NCBI GenBank assembly: GCA_963707655.1
Contig: OY970172.1
Coordinates: forward strand, 864,001 to 928,000
DNA length: 64,000 nucleotides
Origin: an uncultured bacterium
GTDB taxonomy: Bacteria; Babelota; Babeliae; Babelales; Vermiphilaceae
Reading direction: 5' to 3'
A program made the translations under genes and the position numbers. Shown here piece by piece: positions 10,406 to 21,107 of the stretch (positions are counted from its first letter, which is position 1; each line of letters begins with the position of its first letter). The notes beneath the pieces are model-generated. The model worked only from the letters and a program-made list of their open reading frames with translations. It made no database searches and was not told the origin of the DNA.

Positions 10406-11572
10406 TTATCGTTCCTGGCTAGACAATGTCTTAAATTCATTTCGCAATTTTAAGGCGGCACATTCTGCTCGCACCATCTCTTTGACAAGTTCTTGAAAGC
10501 CTGTTTTTGGCTCCCATTCCAACACACGCCTCGCCTTTGAAGCATCTCCTAGCAAAAAATCAACTTCTGCTGGTCTAAAATATCTCGGATCAATAAAAAT
10601 TAAATCTTTTCCCGTCTGCACATCATAACCTACTTCATTTACCCCGGAACCACGCCATGCAATGGCAATACCAACCTGGCCAAAAGCTAACTCGACAAAT
10701 TCTCGTACCGAATGAGCTTGCCCGGTAGCTATCACAAAGTCATCAGGCACGTCTTGCTGCAACATAAGCCACATAGCCTCAACGTAATCAGCCGCATATC
10801 CCCAATCGCGCATTGCGTCCAAATTACCAAGATATAAAGCATCACGCAGGCTCAGGCTGATAGATACGGCAGCCTGCACTATTTTTTTGGTGACAAATGT
10901 TTCTCCCCGATAAAATGATTCATGATTGAATAAGATGCCGTTTACCGCAAACATTCCATATGCTTCGCGATAATTCCTGGTGATCCAATAAGCATACAAT
11001 TTTGCAACTCCATAGGGAGAGCGAGGATAAAAAGGGGTTGTTTCTTTTTGAGGAATTTCTTGTACTTTGCCAAACATCTCACTGCTAGATGCTTGATAAA
11101 ATTTTGCTTTATTTGTTAATCCGGTAATGCGTATCGCCTCTAAAAGAGACAGTGCGCCGAGCCCATCAACCATGCCAGTATACTCAGGCAGCTCAAATGA
11201 AACTTTAACATGACTTTGCGCTCCAAGATTATAAATCTCGTCTGGTTGAATTTGCTGCAATAAGCGAATCATGTTTGATGTATCAGTCAGATCACCGTAA
11301 TGCAAAAAAAAGCGAACATCTCCACCCTCGTGCTGATCACGATATAGATCATCAATACGCGCAGTATTAAAAGATGAAGAACGTCGCTTAATGCCGTGCA
11401 CCTCATAGCCTTTATTCAAAAGAAATTCTGTCAACAGGCGCCCATCCTGTCCGGTGATGCCGGTAATTAATGCCTTTTTACGAATTTTTTTTGCCGCGCA
11501 ATCATCTTCAGCACGAGAAGAATTACCTACTAAAAAACACGACAAGAGCAAAAGATGTACTATTTTTATCAC
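10406..11572 (-). CDS. gmd: GDP-mannose 4,6-dehydratase with N-terminal signal-peptide extension
   Basis: [50 protein letters not shown]. Confidence 0.97.
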   Translation of the reverse strand: MIKIVHLLLLSCFLVGNSSRAEDDCAAKKIRKKALITGITGQDGRLLTEFLLNKGYEVHGIKRRSSSFNTARIDDLYRDQHEGGDVRFFLHYGDLTDTSNMIRLLQQIQPDEIYNLGAQSHVKVSFELPEYTGMVDGLGALSLLEAIRITGLTNKAKFYQASSSEMFGKVQEIPQKETTPFYPRSPYGVAKLYAYWITRNYREAYGMFAVNGILFNHESFYRGETFVTKKIVQAAVSISLSLRDALYLGNLDAMRDWGYAADYVEAMWLMLQQDVPDDFVIATGQAHSVREFVELAFGQVGIAIAWRGSGVNEVGYDVQTGKDLIFIDPRYFRPAEVDFLLGDASKARRVLEWEPKTGFQELVKEMVRAECAALKLRNEFKTLSSQER

Positions 11573-11577
11573 TAAAT

Positions 11578-12579
11578 CTACTCTTGAGAAAAAATATTAT
11601 TTTGTCTACACCATTCTACTGTTTTTTTAATGCCTTCAGCCAACCCTGTTTGTGCCTGCCAACCCAACGCGGTAAGTTTATCCACATTAAGCAGTTTTCG
11701 AGGTGTACCATCCGGCCTTGATCTGTCAAAAACAAGCTCACCTTCAAAACCAACGGCCTCTTTAATAAGTTCTGCGGCTTCTCTGATAGTCACATCCTTG
11801 CCCACGCCTACATTCACCAATGAAGACCCTTCATAATGATTCATTAAAAAAACAGCCCCACTAGCAAGATCATCGACATATAAAAATTCACGATACGGAT
11901 TACCACTACCCCATATTGTTACCTCTCTGGCATCATCTCTCTTTGCCTGAATCATCTTTGCAATCAAAGCGGGTAATACATGGGACGTTTGCAAGTCAAA
12001 ATTATCATGTGGCCCATATAAATTAGTCGGCATACACGCAATAAAATTGGTGCCATATTGGCGATTATAAGCTTCACACGATTTCAAGCCTGCTATTTTG
12101 GCAATGGCATAAAATTCATTGCTTTTTTCAAGCTCACTGGTCAGTAAGTATTCTTCCTTGATCGGTTGCTCACAATTGCGAGGATAAATGCAGGAAGAAC
12201 CCAAGAAAAGAAGTTTTTTTATCTTATGCAGATATGAAGCATGAATAACGTTTGCTTCTATCATCATATTGTCATAAATAAATTGAGCCGGGTAATCAAT
12301 ATTTGCCTGAATGCCACCCACTTTTGCAGCGGCTAGAAAAACATATTCCGGTTTTTCTTTTTCAAAAAAAGTATTCACCGCTCCTTGATCACGCAAATCA
12401 AGCTCTTGGGAAGAAGCTGTTATAATGTCTGAATAGCCCCCTTCTTGAAGACAGCGGACGATAGCACGACCAACCAACCCTGTGTGACCCGCTACATATA
12501 TTTTTGAATCTTTTTGCATGATACTTTTTACATGAGCAATGGGTAGCAAGCAAAGTATCAAAAAAATAATTTTTTTCAT
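11578..12579 (-). CDS. fcl: GDP-L-fucose synthase with N-terminal signal-peptide extension
   Basis: [59 protein letters not shown]. Confidence 0.97.
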   Translation of the reverse strand: MKKIIFLILCLLPIAHVKSIMQKDSKIYVAGHTGLVGRAIVRCLQEGGYSDIITASSQELDLRDQGAVNTFFEKEKPEYVFLAAAKVGGIQANIDYPAQFIYDNMMIEANVIHASYLHKIKKLLFLGSSCIYPRNCEQPIKEEYLLTSELEKSNEFYAIAKIAGLKSCEAYNRQYGTNFIACMPTNLYGPHDNFDLQTSHVLPALIAKMIQAKRDDAREVTIWGSGNPYREFLYVDDLASGAVFLMNHYEGSSLVNVGVGKDVTIREAAELIKEAVGFEGELVFDRSRPDGTPRKLLNVDKLTALGWQAQTGLAEGIKKTVEWCRQNNIFSQE

Positions 12580-12593
12580 AACTGTTTTTCCTT

Positions 12594-13415
12594 TTATGTG
12601 ATAAAAAGTTTTTCAAGAGAATCGTATGCTTTTTTGCCCCTTATTTCCTGCTCCAGCTGTATTTGAAAAGACCGATTGGTTGCCCGATCCCCAATGGGAT
12701 TGCTCCGGTTATAGATATAAAGAATGTCTTCTATGTAACGCGAATGATTGCCCGCCATCTCAAGCATGGGGAACATGAAAGCCAGATCCCATGTCATTGG
12801 AAAAAATGCATTGTTATAAAGCAAGTCTTCTTTGTTAATTAATTTAAATAGACGGGCATAGAATGTGCGCAAATGAGTGGTAACCCACGGATAACGCCGG
12901 TAAGATTTGCTCTCGATTATCGATTGTGGCAATGCGTGAATCCATGGATCGCGAGTGTTTGCGGGCCAAGACACATAACTGCCGTAGGTAATCCATACAT
13001 TGGGGTCTGTATATTCGTGATTAAGTGTTGTAAGCACTTTGTTATGTGCAAACCAATCATCACCATCAAGCGTTACTATGATAGCTGTATCGGGACAGGA
13101 ATGAATGGCATTATAAAGATTTTCCAAAGCCCCACACCGCTGCATATTGTTAATCAAAATCACTTTATGGCCACGAGGATGAGTTTTGATTAAGGTTACC
13201 ATTAAATCATAGGTGCGGTCCGCTGAACAATCATTGATGTAAACAATGTGATAATTATCGTAATCTTGCTCCAGAGCAGAAAGAAGATTTTTCTCGCACC
13301 ATTGCTCATTATTATATGAGGGAATAATAACTACAAAATACAGCTGTTGAGCCGTCAATGGTCTGAAAAAAATAATTGTGAGCAAAATTATTAGTATTGA
13401 TCTTATGTTCTTCAT
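12594..13415 (-). CDS. GT2 family glycosyltransferase with signal peptide
   Basis: VVIIPSYNN, YINDCSAD, TLDGDDW. Confidence 0.9.
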   Translation of the reverse strand: MKNIRSILIILLTIIFFRPLTAQQLYFVVIIPSYNNEQWCEKNLLSALEQDYDNYHIVYINDCSADRTYDLMVTLIKTHPRGHKVILINNMQRCGALENLYNAIHSCPDTAIIVTLDGDDWFAHNKVLTTLNHEYTDPNVWITYGSYVSWPANTRDPWIHALPQSIIESKSYRRYPWVTTHLRTFYARLFKLINKEDLLYNNAFFPMTWDLAFMFPMLEMAGNHSRYIEDILYIYNRSNPIGDRATNRSFQIQLEQEIRGKKAYDSLEKLFIT

Positions 13416-13422
13416 TTTCTTG

Positions 13423-14313
13423 CTATCGGCTTATAAAACTAAATTCATATTCCATGTGCGCCCCTTTATTATCAATTTTATGTAAGGGAGCACTATCAAT
13501 TTTTAATCCTTTTTCAAACAACTCAAGCATCTCTTTTGTGGATAAACCCTGCATATTACGATTATTCACGTATTCCTGTTGTGTCAAATTTAGGGGTACA
13601 TTAACTATCTTACTGTGCCTGAAACAAAGGCCTTTTTTGTTACCAACCAATTTTGCTTGCCGAGCCCATGCTCCCTCCAAAGAATTTGGCGCTCGATAGG
13701 GTAAAGAGCAAATGGTGTCTATAATATCTGATTTTTTGTACAAGGTCATATCAACGGTGTTTGGGTATCCCCAATCATACTTGCCGTCTCCCAAGGTCCA
13801 GCACACAATTTCATGGGCAATGGGAGTGAGTGGCGGTAATGGTTGCTTGCAGTTAAGCATATAGCATTCGGTTAAATTAAGACCGAGACGAAAGTAAAAA
13901 CCATAAGCTCCCGCATATTGCAACACTTCAATGCAGCGCTGCAGATCGATTGCATCAGTAACTATAATGTCATCCACCGCAAAAAGTATGTAATTATTCT
14001 TTGACGAGAGCAAAAAAGACTCTGTGATAGGCTTAAAATCTTTTTGCGGCTCATTCCCCTGCCGACAAAAAACAACCTTATCAAAATCTTCTTTAACAGA
14101 TTGATACGATTGCTCAAAGCGCTCATCGCTTGCGCGATAAACAACACAGATATTTTCAGCTCCCGTTACGTACTGCTCAACCGATTCCAGCAATGCATAA
14201 AGCTGCATGGGGCGGTCATACGAAAAAATAATTAAATCAGTTTTATCATCGGTTTTATTAGTGGCAAACGAACAGAATAATAAAAAAAGAACAGTGATTT
14301 TTCTTACAAACAT
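13423..14313 (-). CDS. putative GT-A fold glycosyltransferase with signal peptide
   Basis: LIIFSYDRPMQLYALLES and YILFAVDDI (DXD-like); cluster context. Confidence 0.65.
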   Translation of the reverse strand: MFVRKITVLFLLFCSFATNKTDDKTDLIIFSYDRPMQLYALLESVEQYVTGAENICVVYRASDERFEQSYQSVKEDFDKVVFCRQGNEPQKDFKPITESFLLSSKNNYILFAVDDIIVTDAIDLQRCIEVLQYAGAYGFYFRLGLNLTECYMLNCKQPLPPLTPIAHEIVCWTLGDGKYDWGYPNTVDMTLYKKSDIIDTICSLPYRAPNSLEGAWARQAKLVGNKKGLCFRHSKIVNVPLNLTQQEYVNNRNMQGLSTKEMLELFEKGLKIDSAPLHKIDNKGAHMEYEFSFISR

Positions 14314-14343
14314 AATACCAATCTCTCTTTTAGAAAAACATTA

Positions 14344-15723
14344 TTACGCGCCGGGCTGCCCCAATTTATAGCATACAATAGGTTTTTTACGTGTCGCTTG
14401 CGTAAGGCGAACAACATCTCTCATATCAATAATTATTGGGTCAACCATATACTCACTAACTGTTGCATAATCAAATGCTTTAAATTCTTGCCACTCGGTG
14501 AGTATGACCAGTGCATCAGCCTGCTCAATCGCTTGCTCTTTTGTTTGGCAATATTCAATGGAAGGTAGAACTTTTTTCATATTGCTCATCGCAATAGGAT
14601 CGTATGCTTTAACATGAGCACCCATGCTTAAAAGCGAGGTGATAATGTAAATGGCAGGGGCGCTGCGCACGTCGTCAGTATTTGCTTTAAAGGCTAACCC
14701 CCAAATTGCTATGGTTTTGTTTTTAAGATCATTACCACAAAAGTCGCAAACCTTGCGAACAACATACATCTTTTGATGGTAATTTGCTTCTACAGATGCC
14801 GTAATAATGCGCAAGGGCGACCCCAACTCTTCTCCTTTTTTCATCAAGGCGAGCGCGTCTTTGGGAAAACATGATCCGCCAAATCCTGGACCGGGAACAA
14901 GAAACTTATTGCCTATTCGTTTGTCGAGCCCCATACCCTTGGCCACATCAGTAATATTGGCTCCTGATTTATCGCACAGTTGCGCTATCTCATTAATGTA
15001 AGCAACTTTGACCGCGAGAAAAGCGTTTGAAGCGTACTTTATAGTTTCCGCCGATGCAAGGTCCGTGTGCAAGACTGGAATGTTTTTTACTAACAATGGA
15101 GCATACAGAGAATGGAGAACGTGCGCATCATCTTCTGATTCTGCTCCTATAATTATGCGATCGGGATTGAAAAAATCATGTACGGCGAATCCTTCTCGCA
15201 AGAATTCAGGATTAGAGATCACCCGCACGTCAAAAGCGCTCTCGTGTTCTTGTATTATAGACATGATTCGAGCGCTCATGCCAATAGGTAATGTACTTTT
15301 GATACAGACCGTTTTGTTACCGTTAAGATTCATGCCAATGGTATTTGCAACAGCCTCAACTGCTGAAATATCAGCAGACCCATTAGGACCAGCGGGTGTC
15401 CCCACTGCTATGAAAACAACGTCTGATTGTTGAATTGCTCGACCAATATCATCAGTAAAAAATAATCTTGCAGCTTCTGTATTTTTTTGAACCAGTTCAG
15501 GCAATTCAGGCTCAAAGATAGGCATTTCTCCACGCTGCAGCTGTGCAATCTTTGCCGCATCAATATCAGCGCAATAGACAGTATGGCCAAGATCAGCCAG
15601 ACAAGCGCCCAAAACAAGACCAACGTAACCCGTTCCTATAACCGCAACATGCTGCTTGTCATCTGCGTGCAGAAAAAACGAGCAAACAAGCAATAGGGCT
15701 ACGATTAATATTCTCTTCTTCAT
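14344..15723 (-). CDS. ugd: UDP-glucose 6-dehydrogenase with N-terminal signal-peptide extension
   Basis: VAVIGTGYVG, IAVGTP, SNPEFLREG, GPGFGGSCFPKD, GLAFKANTDDVR; signal MKKRILIVALLLVCSFFLHA. Confidence 0.93.
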   Translation of the reverse strand: MKKRILIVALLLVCSFFLHADDKQHVAVIGTGYVGLVLGACLADLGHTVYCADIDAAKIAQLQRGEMPIFEPELPELVQKNTEAARLFFTDDIGRAIQQSDVVFIAVGTPAGPNGSADISAVEAVANTIGMNLNGNKTVCIKSTLPIGMSARIMSIIQEHESAFDVRVISNPEFLREGFAVHDFFNPDRIIIGAESEDDAHVLHSLYAPLLVKNIPVLHTDLASAETIKYASNAFLAVKVAYINEIAQLCDKSGANITDVAKGMGLDKRIGNKFLVPGPGFGGSCFPKDALALMKKGEELGSPLRIITASVEANYHQKMYVVRKVCDFCGNDLKNKTIAIWGLAFKANTDDVRSAPAIYIITSLLSMGAHVKAYDPIAMSNMKKVLPSIEYCQTKEQAIEQADALVILTEWQEFKAFDYATVSEYMVDPIIIDMRDVVRLTQATRKKPIVCYKLGQPGA

Positions 15724-15793
15724 AACTACTGCTTCTCACTTCTCTTGTACTACTCTCTATTTTTTATTGATTGCCCACGTTTTTACGCTTGGC

Positions 15794-16315
15794 TCAGAGT
15801 TCAAAATCTTTGTACATCAAGCTCGGCTGTACACCGCGATTATCCTGATATTTGTTGCTCGCATAATGAATGTAATCACCTTCTATGGTGTGGTAGAAAA
15901 TCTGACACAATTCAACTTCAGGATAAATTTTTATTGGCTGCACACAAAACATTTCAAGCGTCCAGAAGCCACTAAAACCCACGTCGCCAAAACCGGCAGT
16001 TATGTGAATAAATAAACCGAGCCGCCCGACTGATGAACGCCCTTCAAGCATGGGTACACACGCAAGTGTCTTGGTGTACTCGATAGTGCGACCCAAATAC
16101 AAAACACCGGGCTGAAGCAGCATGCCTTCTTTGGGAATCTCTATTTTTCTCACTTCATTCTTCTTTTTCATATCAAGAACTGAATCTTCATAGACAAGCA
16201 ATTCATTATGCAGTCTGAGATTGTAAGAATTAGGACCAAGCTGCTTCTCATTAAAGGGCTCAATAAGAATATCTGAGCCAAGCCTGCGTTTAATTTCTTT
16301 GCCAGAAAGAATCAT
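15794..16315 (-). CDS. dcd: dCTP deaminase
   Basis: MILSG, GPNSYNLRL, EGRSSVGRLG, TAGFGDVGFSGFWTLE, KYQ. Confidence 0.93.
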   Translation of the reverse strand: MILSGKEIKRRLGSDILIEPFNEKQLGPNSYNLRLHNELLVYEDSVLDMKKKNEVRKIEIPKEGMLLQPGVLYLGRTIEYTKTLACVPMLEGRSSVGRLGLFIHITAGFGDVGFSGFWTLEMFCVQPIKIYPEVELCQIFYHTIEGDYIHYASNKYQDNRGVQPSLMYKDFEL

Positions 16316-16435
16316 AATGCCTCCAGAACATAATCACATATCAAGTTGTAAGATTGTCGCAACGTGCTAGAATGGAAAATATCAGATTTTTATAAAAAAG
16401 TAACATTCACTTACAATGAAAAAAAATCATGAGGT

Positions 16436-17449
16436 ATGAAGAGCATGATCGAACACAATCAGACAAAAAGTCCGCTGCTTAACCCAATCATAGATCAAAT
16501 CAAACAAGAGAGCGTACGCTTTCAAAAACTTACCGGCGAAGTTGGCAAGGTTGTTGTTGGGCAAGAAGAAACGTTACATTTCATTCTCATTGCCATTTTA
16601 TGCAACGGCCACATTCTTCTTGAAGGAGTTCCCGGCGTTGCAAAAACAACTATGATTAAAGCGATGACGCGCGCATTGGGATTAAAATTCAATCGAATTC
16701 AATTCACTCCTGATTTACTGCCGGCAGACTTGATCGGAACACTGATATATAATCCAAAAACACTTGATTTTGAAACAAAACAAGGTCCCATTTTTGCAAA
16801 TCTTATTCTTGCCGATGAAATCAATCGTGCTCCAGCCAAGGTGCAATCAGCACTACTTGAATCAATGCAAGAGCAACAAGTTACTATCGGATCAAGCACG
16901 TTCTCTCTGGACAGACCTTTTTTGGTTTTTGCAACACAAAACCCCATTGAACAAGAAGGAACGTATCGTTTGCCCGAGGCGCAAGTTGACCGTTTTATGT
17001 TTAAACTCTTGGTAAAATATCCCAGCTTTCAGCAAGAAAAAGCCATTGTACAGCGCCAATTGCACGAACCAACAATTTATCCCATACTCACCAAAGATGA
17101 CATACATGCCGCTCAAGCATTGGTGAACTCTGTTCATGTTGATGAAAAAATTAGCGACTATATTTTACATATTATTTTTGCAACGCGAGAGCCGGAAAAA
17201 TACAAGCTCAAGGAATTAAAGCCATTTATTCAGCATGGGGTTTCTCCTCGGGCAAGCTTGGCCATGCATCAGGCCGCACGCGCACAAGCATTCTTGAAAC
17301 AGCGCCATTTCGTTATTCCCGATGACGTAAAAGAAGTTGCTTATAACACCCTTGCCCATCGCGTGTTGTTAACGTATGCAGCAGAGGCGGAAGAAGTAAC
17401 GCCGCACGCCCTTATTTCAAAAATATTAAATGCTGTGCCAACCCCATAA
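16436..17449 (+). CDS. MoxR family AAA+ ATPase
   Basis: GHILLEGVPGVAKT, RIQFTPDLLPAD, ADEINRAPAKVQSALL, ATQNPIEQEGTYRLPEAQVDRF. Confidence 0.95.
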   Translation: MKSMIEHNQTKSPLLNPIIDQIKQESVRFQKLTGEVGKVVVGQEETLHFILIAILCNGHILLEGVPGVAKTTMIKAMTRALGLKFNRIQFTPDLLPADLIGTLIYNPKTLDFETKQGPIFANLILADEINRAPAKVQSALLESMQEQQVTIGSSTFSLDRPFLVFATQNPIEQEGTYRLPEAQVDRFMFKLLVKYPSFQQEKAIVQRQLHEPTIYPILTKDDIHAAQALVNSVHVDEKISDYILHIIFATREPEKYKLKELKPFIQHGVSPRASLAMHQAARAQAFLKQRHFVIPDDVKEVAYNTLAHRVLLTYAAEAEEVTPHALISKILNAVPTP

Positions 17450-17504
17450 TACGTATCAATGGAATCATTCGAGTTGATTATGAAACAACGCGATCAAAGC
17501 AGGC

Positions 17505-17534
17505 TTGACAAAATTCCAATAAGATGGGTATTGT
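17505..17534 (+). promoter_or_regulatory. possible sigma70 promoter of the T2SS operon
   Basis: TTGACA 17505-17510, 18-nt spacer, TATTGT. Confidence 0.35.
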
Positions 17535-17568
17535 GTGAAATAAATTCAACAAAAAAGGAAAAATAATA

Positions 17569-18663
17569 ATGAGACATCCAGTATGGATTTTAAACAGCGC
17601 GCTCCTTTTTTTGTTTATTATCGCCGCTGGTTTTATTTTTTTTTCATGGCAAAGACCCCCTGAGCGAGAAGACATTGAGCCTGAATTGGTAGTACAGCAA
17701 GTGCGCCGCAACCTTCCTCGCGCCAATATAGAAAAAATTTATGAAAATGATCTTTTTGGAACGTACCATGCAGCGATCGCTCCAGAACAAGCGGAGTCAG
17801 AAATGCTCATGCCGGAAGCGCCTGCGCCCGCTCCCATTAAAGCTCCTGAAAAACAAACGGTACAATTTTTGGATCCTTTGGCGGTCACTCTTAAAGGGAT
17901 CATGACTTTTTCCGGTAATGATTCAAAAAATAGAGCAGTACTCGAGGACAATGCCACAAAAGACGAACGCCTTTATAAAGTTGGGGACAAAATAGAAGAT
18001 GCTCAGCTTATACGAATATTCAGTAACAAGATAATGTTCATCCGCTCTAACGGGCAACAAGAAGTGCTTTATCTGCGGGAAAAAGATGCCTTGACCGATC
18101 CAAGCTATATGGGTGTTTATGGCTGGGCCGACGTGATAGAGCGGGTCAATGAAAGCCTTTTTGCAGTAAATCCTGAACTGTTTATTACGCGCGTGCAAAA
18201 TCTTGGCCAGTTCATTGATATGTTGGATCTCACTACTGCATACAAAAAAGGTGATAGCGCCGGCTGCCGTATTGGTCACCTAGAGGATAATTCACTGGGG
18301 AACGCTCTTGGGTTGCAGCAGGGAGACATCATCATAAGCGTTAATGATATACCTGCAACTACCACTTCTCACCGCTTTAAAATTTATAAAGCGTTGGTAT
18401 CTCACGATACACATGATACTATTAAGGTTGTTTTAAGAAGAAACAACATGCATTTAAATATAGAATACAAACTAGAAAAAATAAAAAAACGAGATCATGC
18501 TACAGAACAGGAAGCAAATGAGCGCGAGCAAGATCGCTTAAAAATTTTACAGAACAAACAAGTATTCGCACCAACAATGCAAGATATACGGATAAGAGAA
18601 AAAAATTATATGCGAGAGCAAGGTGGTAAACCAGCCACCCCTCTTTCTAACCAAGCCGAGTAA
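17569..18663 (+). CDS. gspC: type II secretion protein GspC-like (TM, HR domain, PDZ)
   Basis: N-terminal TM; LKGIM...YKVGDKIEDAQLIRI HR-domain pattern; LGLQQGDIIISVND PDZ; precedes a secretin. Confidence 0.8.
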   Translation: MRHPVWILNSALLFLFIIAAGFIFFSWQRPPEREDIEPELVVQQVRRNLPRANIEKIYENDLFGTYHAAIAPEQAESEMLMPEAPAPAPIKAPEKQTVQFLDPLAVTLKGIMTFSGNDSKNRAVLEDNATKDERLYKVGDKIEDAQLIRIFSNKIMFIRSNGQQEVLYLREKDALTDPSYMGVYGWADVIERVNESLFAVNPELFITRVQNLGQFIDMLDLTTAYKKGDSAGCRIGHLEDNSLGNALGLQQGDIIISVNDIPATTTSHRFKIYKALVSHDTHDTIKVVLRRNNMHLNIEYKLEKIKKRDHATEQEANEREQDRLKILQNKQVFAPTMQDIRIREKNYMREQGGKPATPLSNQAE

Positions 18664-18668
18664 CCACG

Positions 18669-21107
18669 ATGAACAAAAAGATTATATCTCTGCTTTTTAT
18701 AGTGCTCCATGCTTCATCGCAAGCGGCGAATGAGAGGCATCCCAACTTTGTTAATCGAAGAAAAAATATTTTATTATCAGCAGTTGATCAACCGTCTCTC
18801 AATACTAACATAGACGCAAACGAAGCAGATGTTCCTAAAGAAAGAAAAAACACCCCTGACGACAAAGAATTCCGTGATATAGATGCACAACCAAATGATG
18901 TGCAGACAGAGGAAAGCGGAGGGGTTGAAATAGGCGTTGGTAAAATAATGCAGAAAGAAACCCCCGAAATTGATGATGAAGAAACTATAGATTTCAATTT
19001 TGAAAACACGAGCCTCGATCAGTTGATTAATTATGTTGCAGATGTGTTTCACTATCAATTCATAAGCCCTGAAATATTGGATCCCTTACCGCAGGGAGAA
19101 AAGAAGATAAAAGGGAATCTTGTCTCATTCAAGACAAACCGCTCCCTCTCCAAGCACGAGGCATGGGATCTTTTTCTTACCTTTTTAAATATGGCCGGTT
19201 TTGGTGTTACTCCCGACCCTCAACCAAATACGTTCCGCATTCTTTCTTTTGACACAGCAAAACGAGCGCCATTACCCACATTTATTGGTGTTGACTTAAA
19301 CAAAATACCAGAAGACATCGCCGACAGCGATCAGCTGATTCGCTATGTTTATTTCATTGAAAATACTACTATTGAGGCGTTAGAGCCTATGATCAACCAG
19401 ATGAAAAGCCCAACAGCTACTGTTCTTATGCTTAAAGAACACAGAGCCATACTCATAATTGATCGCGCTTATAACACGGTAAGCTTAATGCGCATCATAA
19501 AAGAGTTGGACAAAGTAAGCATGCCGCAAACCATGTCTGTGCTAAAACTGCGCCGCGCAGGGGCAAAAGAGGTTGCCGAGCTCTATCAAGCGCTTATCAA
19601 AGGCGGAGATGAAAAAGCTCCTGCGCAAAATCGTGTCTTGCAAAGAAAGCAGCCAACCTCATACTACTTTCCTGAAAATGTACGCGTAATCGCTGAAGAG
19701 CGCACCAACTCACTCATTTTGCTTGGACCGGTCGAATCAATTAAAAAAATTGAAGATTTCGTGATTCAATATATTGATGTTGAATTAGACAAATCATTCT
19801 CTCCGCTTTTTGTTCATAATCTACGCTATGCCGATGCCGGGATCGTTTCTGAAATTATGAGTGAGGTGACCAAAATAGGCTCTGAAAGTGGATTGCGCGC
19901 AATAGGTGGCGTTCGCGGAACAGATAAATTTTTAAAACCAATGACCTTTACGCCCGACAAAAGCACCAACAGAATTATTATCAAAGCTGATTATGAAGAT
20001 TACTTGAAAGCAAAAGCCATTATTGAAAAATTGGATGAGCCACAAGCTCAAGTTGCTATTGAAGTGCTTATTCTTTCTCTCAGCGTCAGCGATATGAAAA
20101 TTCTGGGCACACAATTGCGCACCAAACAACCCTGTGGAACGAATGGTATTTTTGGCAATAACGTCACCTGGCAAACTTCAGGATTATTCGGCGGTTCAGG
20201 ATACACACAAGAGGGGGTGGTGGTCAATTCAGCAGGGAGTGGCGCCAGTCGGTTGCTTGGTGATTTAATAAACTTGGTAACCACTGCAGGAGCGGGTAGC
20301 ACCGTTGTCTCTCTGGGTGATGCTGCTGGTGCTTATGCTATTATACAGGCGCTGGAGAGCATCAACTCTACACAAACTGTTGCCAATCCATTTCTCCTCG
20401 CGACTAATCGCACAAAAGCAACTGTTGAAGTGGGTACAACGGAGCGTGTGATTGCGTCATCGATTATTCAAACAGGGACCGACGTGGGCCAAGACACGTA
20501 CAAAGATGAAGCGGCAGATTTAACGGTAGTGGTAACCCCAACCATAAACTCAGATGGCATGATAACTCTTGATCTAAACATTAGTCTTGAAAGTTTTCTT
20601 GGTGTTTTCAACCCGGCATTTGTACAAAAAAATACCCAAAAAGTAGTAACCAAAGCTCTTGTTGCTGACAAAGAGGTAATTGCTGTTGGCGGATTAGTTC
20701 AGGACACCACTAATGACACGGTAAGCAAAGTGCCTATTCTGGGCGATATACCAATTATTGGCTGGCTCTTTAAAAACAGAAACAAACAAGAGATGAAGCA
20801 AAGCTTACTCATTCTCATTTCAACACAAATTGTGCGGCCCGATAATAATGGGGGTGGTGACGCGTTCACTTTAAGGCATATCGATAAGTATGAAAGCTCA
20901 TTGTCTAGCCTGTATCCTCGTGAGCAAAAAATTGATCCTATTCATCGCTGGTTCTTTGAAGATAGGCAAGAAGATTCGGGCCAATTGTTGGATGACTTTG
21001 TATTCAACAGACACGCGCATGCTACCGAAGGTATGGCGGCTAAAAGGAAGCGGAATCGAAAAGCTAAAGCGCCCTCCAAAGAAACAAACAGTGGAGTTGC
21101 CCCATGA
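18669..21107 (+). CDS. gspD: type II secretion secretin GspD (copy 1)
   Basis: N-domain repeats (ERTNSLILLG), LDEPQAQVAIEVLI, VTPTIN, KVPILGDIPIIGWLFK. Confidence 0.9.
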   Translation: MNKKIISLLFIVLHASSQAANERHPNFVNRRKNILLSAVDQPSLNTNIDANEADVPKERKNTPDDKEFRDIDAQPNDVQTEESGGVEIGVGKIMQKETPEIDDEETIDFNFENTSLDQLINYVADVFHYQFISPEILDPLPQGEKKIKGNLVSFKTNRSLSKHEAWDLFLTFLNMAGFGVTPDPQPNTFRILSFDTAKRAPLPTFIGVDLNKIPEDIADSDQLIRYVYFIENTTIEALEPMINQMKSPTATVLMLKEHRAILIIDRAYNTVSLMRIIKELDKVSMPQTMSVLKLRRAGAKEVAELYQALIKGGDEKAPAQNRVLQRKQPTSYYFPENVRVIAEERTNSLILLGPVESIKKIEDFVIQYIDVELDKSFSPLFVHNLRYADAGIVSEIMSEVTKIGSESGLRAIGGVRGTDKFLKPMTFTPDKSTNRIIIKADYEDYLKAKAIIEKLDEPQAQVAIEVLILSLSVSDMKILGTQLRTKQPCGTNGIFGNNVTWQTSGLFGGSGYTQEGVVVNSAGSGASRLLGDLINLVTTAGAGSTVVSLGDAAGAYAIIQALESINSTQTVANPFLLATNRTKATVEVGTTERVIASSIIQTGTDVGQDTYKDEAADLTVVVTPTINSDGMITLDLNISLESFLGVFNPAFVQKNTQKVVTKALVADKEVIAVGGLVQDTTNDTVSKVPILGDIPIIGWLFKNRNKQEMKQSLLILISTQIVRPDNNGGGDAFTLRHIDKYESSLSSLYPREQKIDPIHRWFFEDRQEDSGQLLDDFVFNRHAHATEGMAAKRKRNRKAKAPSKETNSGVAP

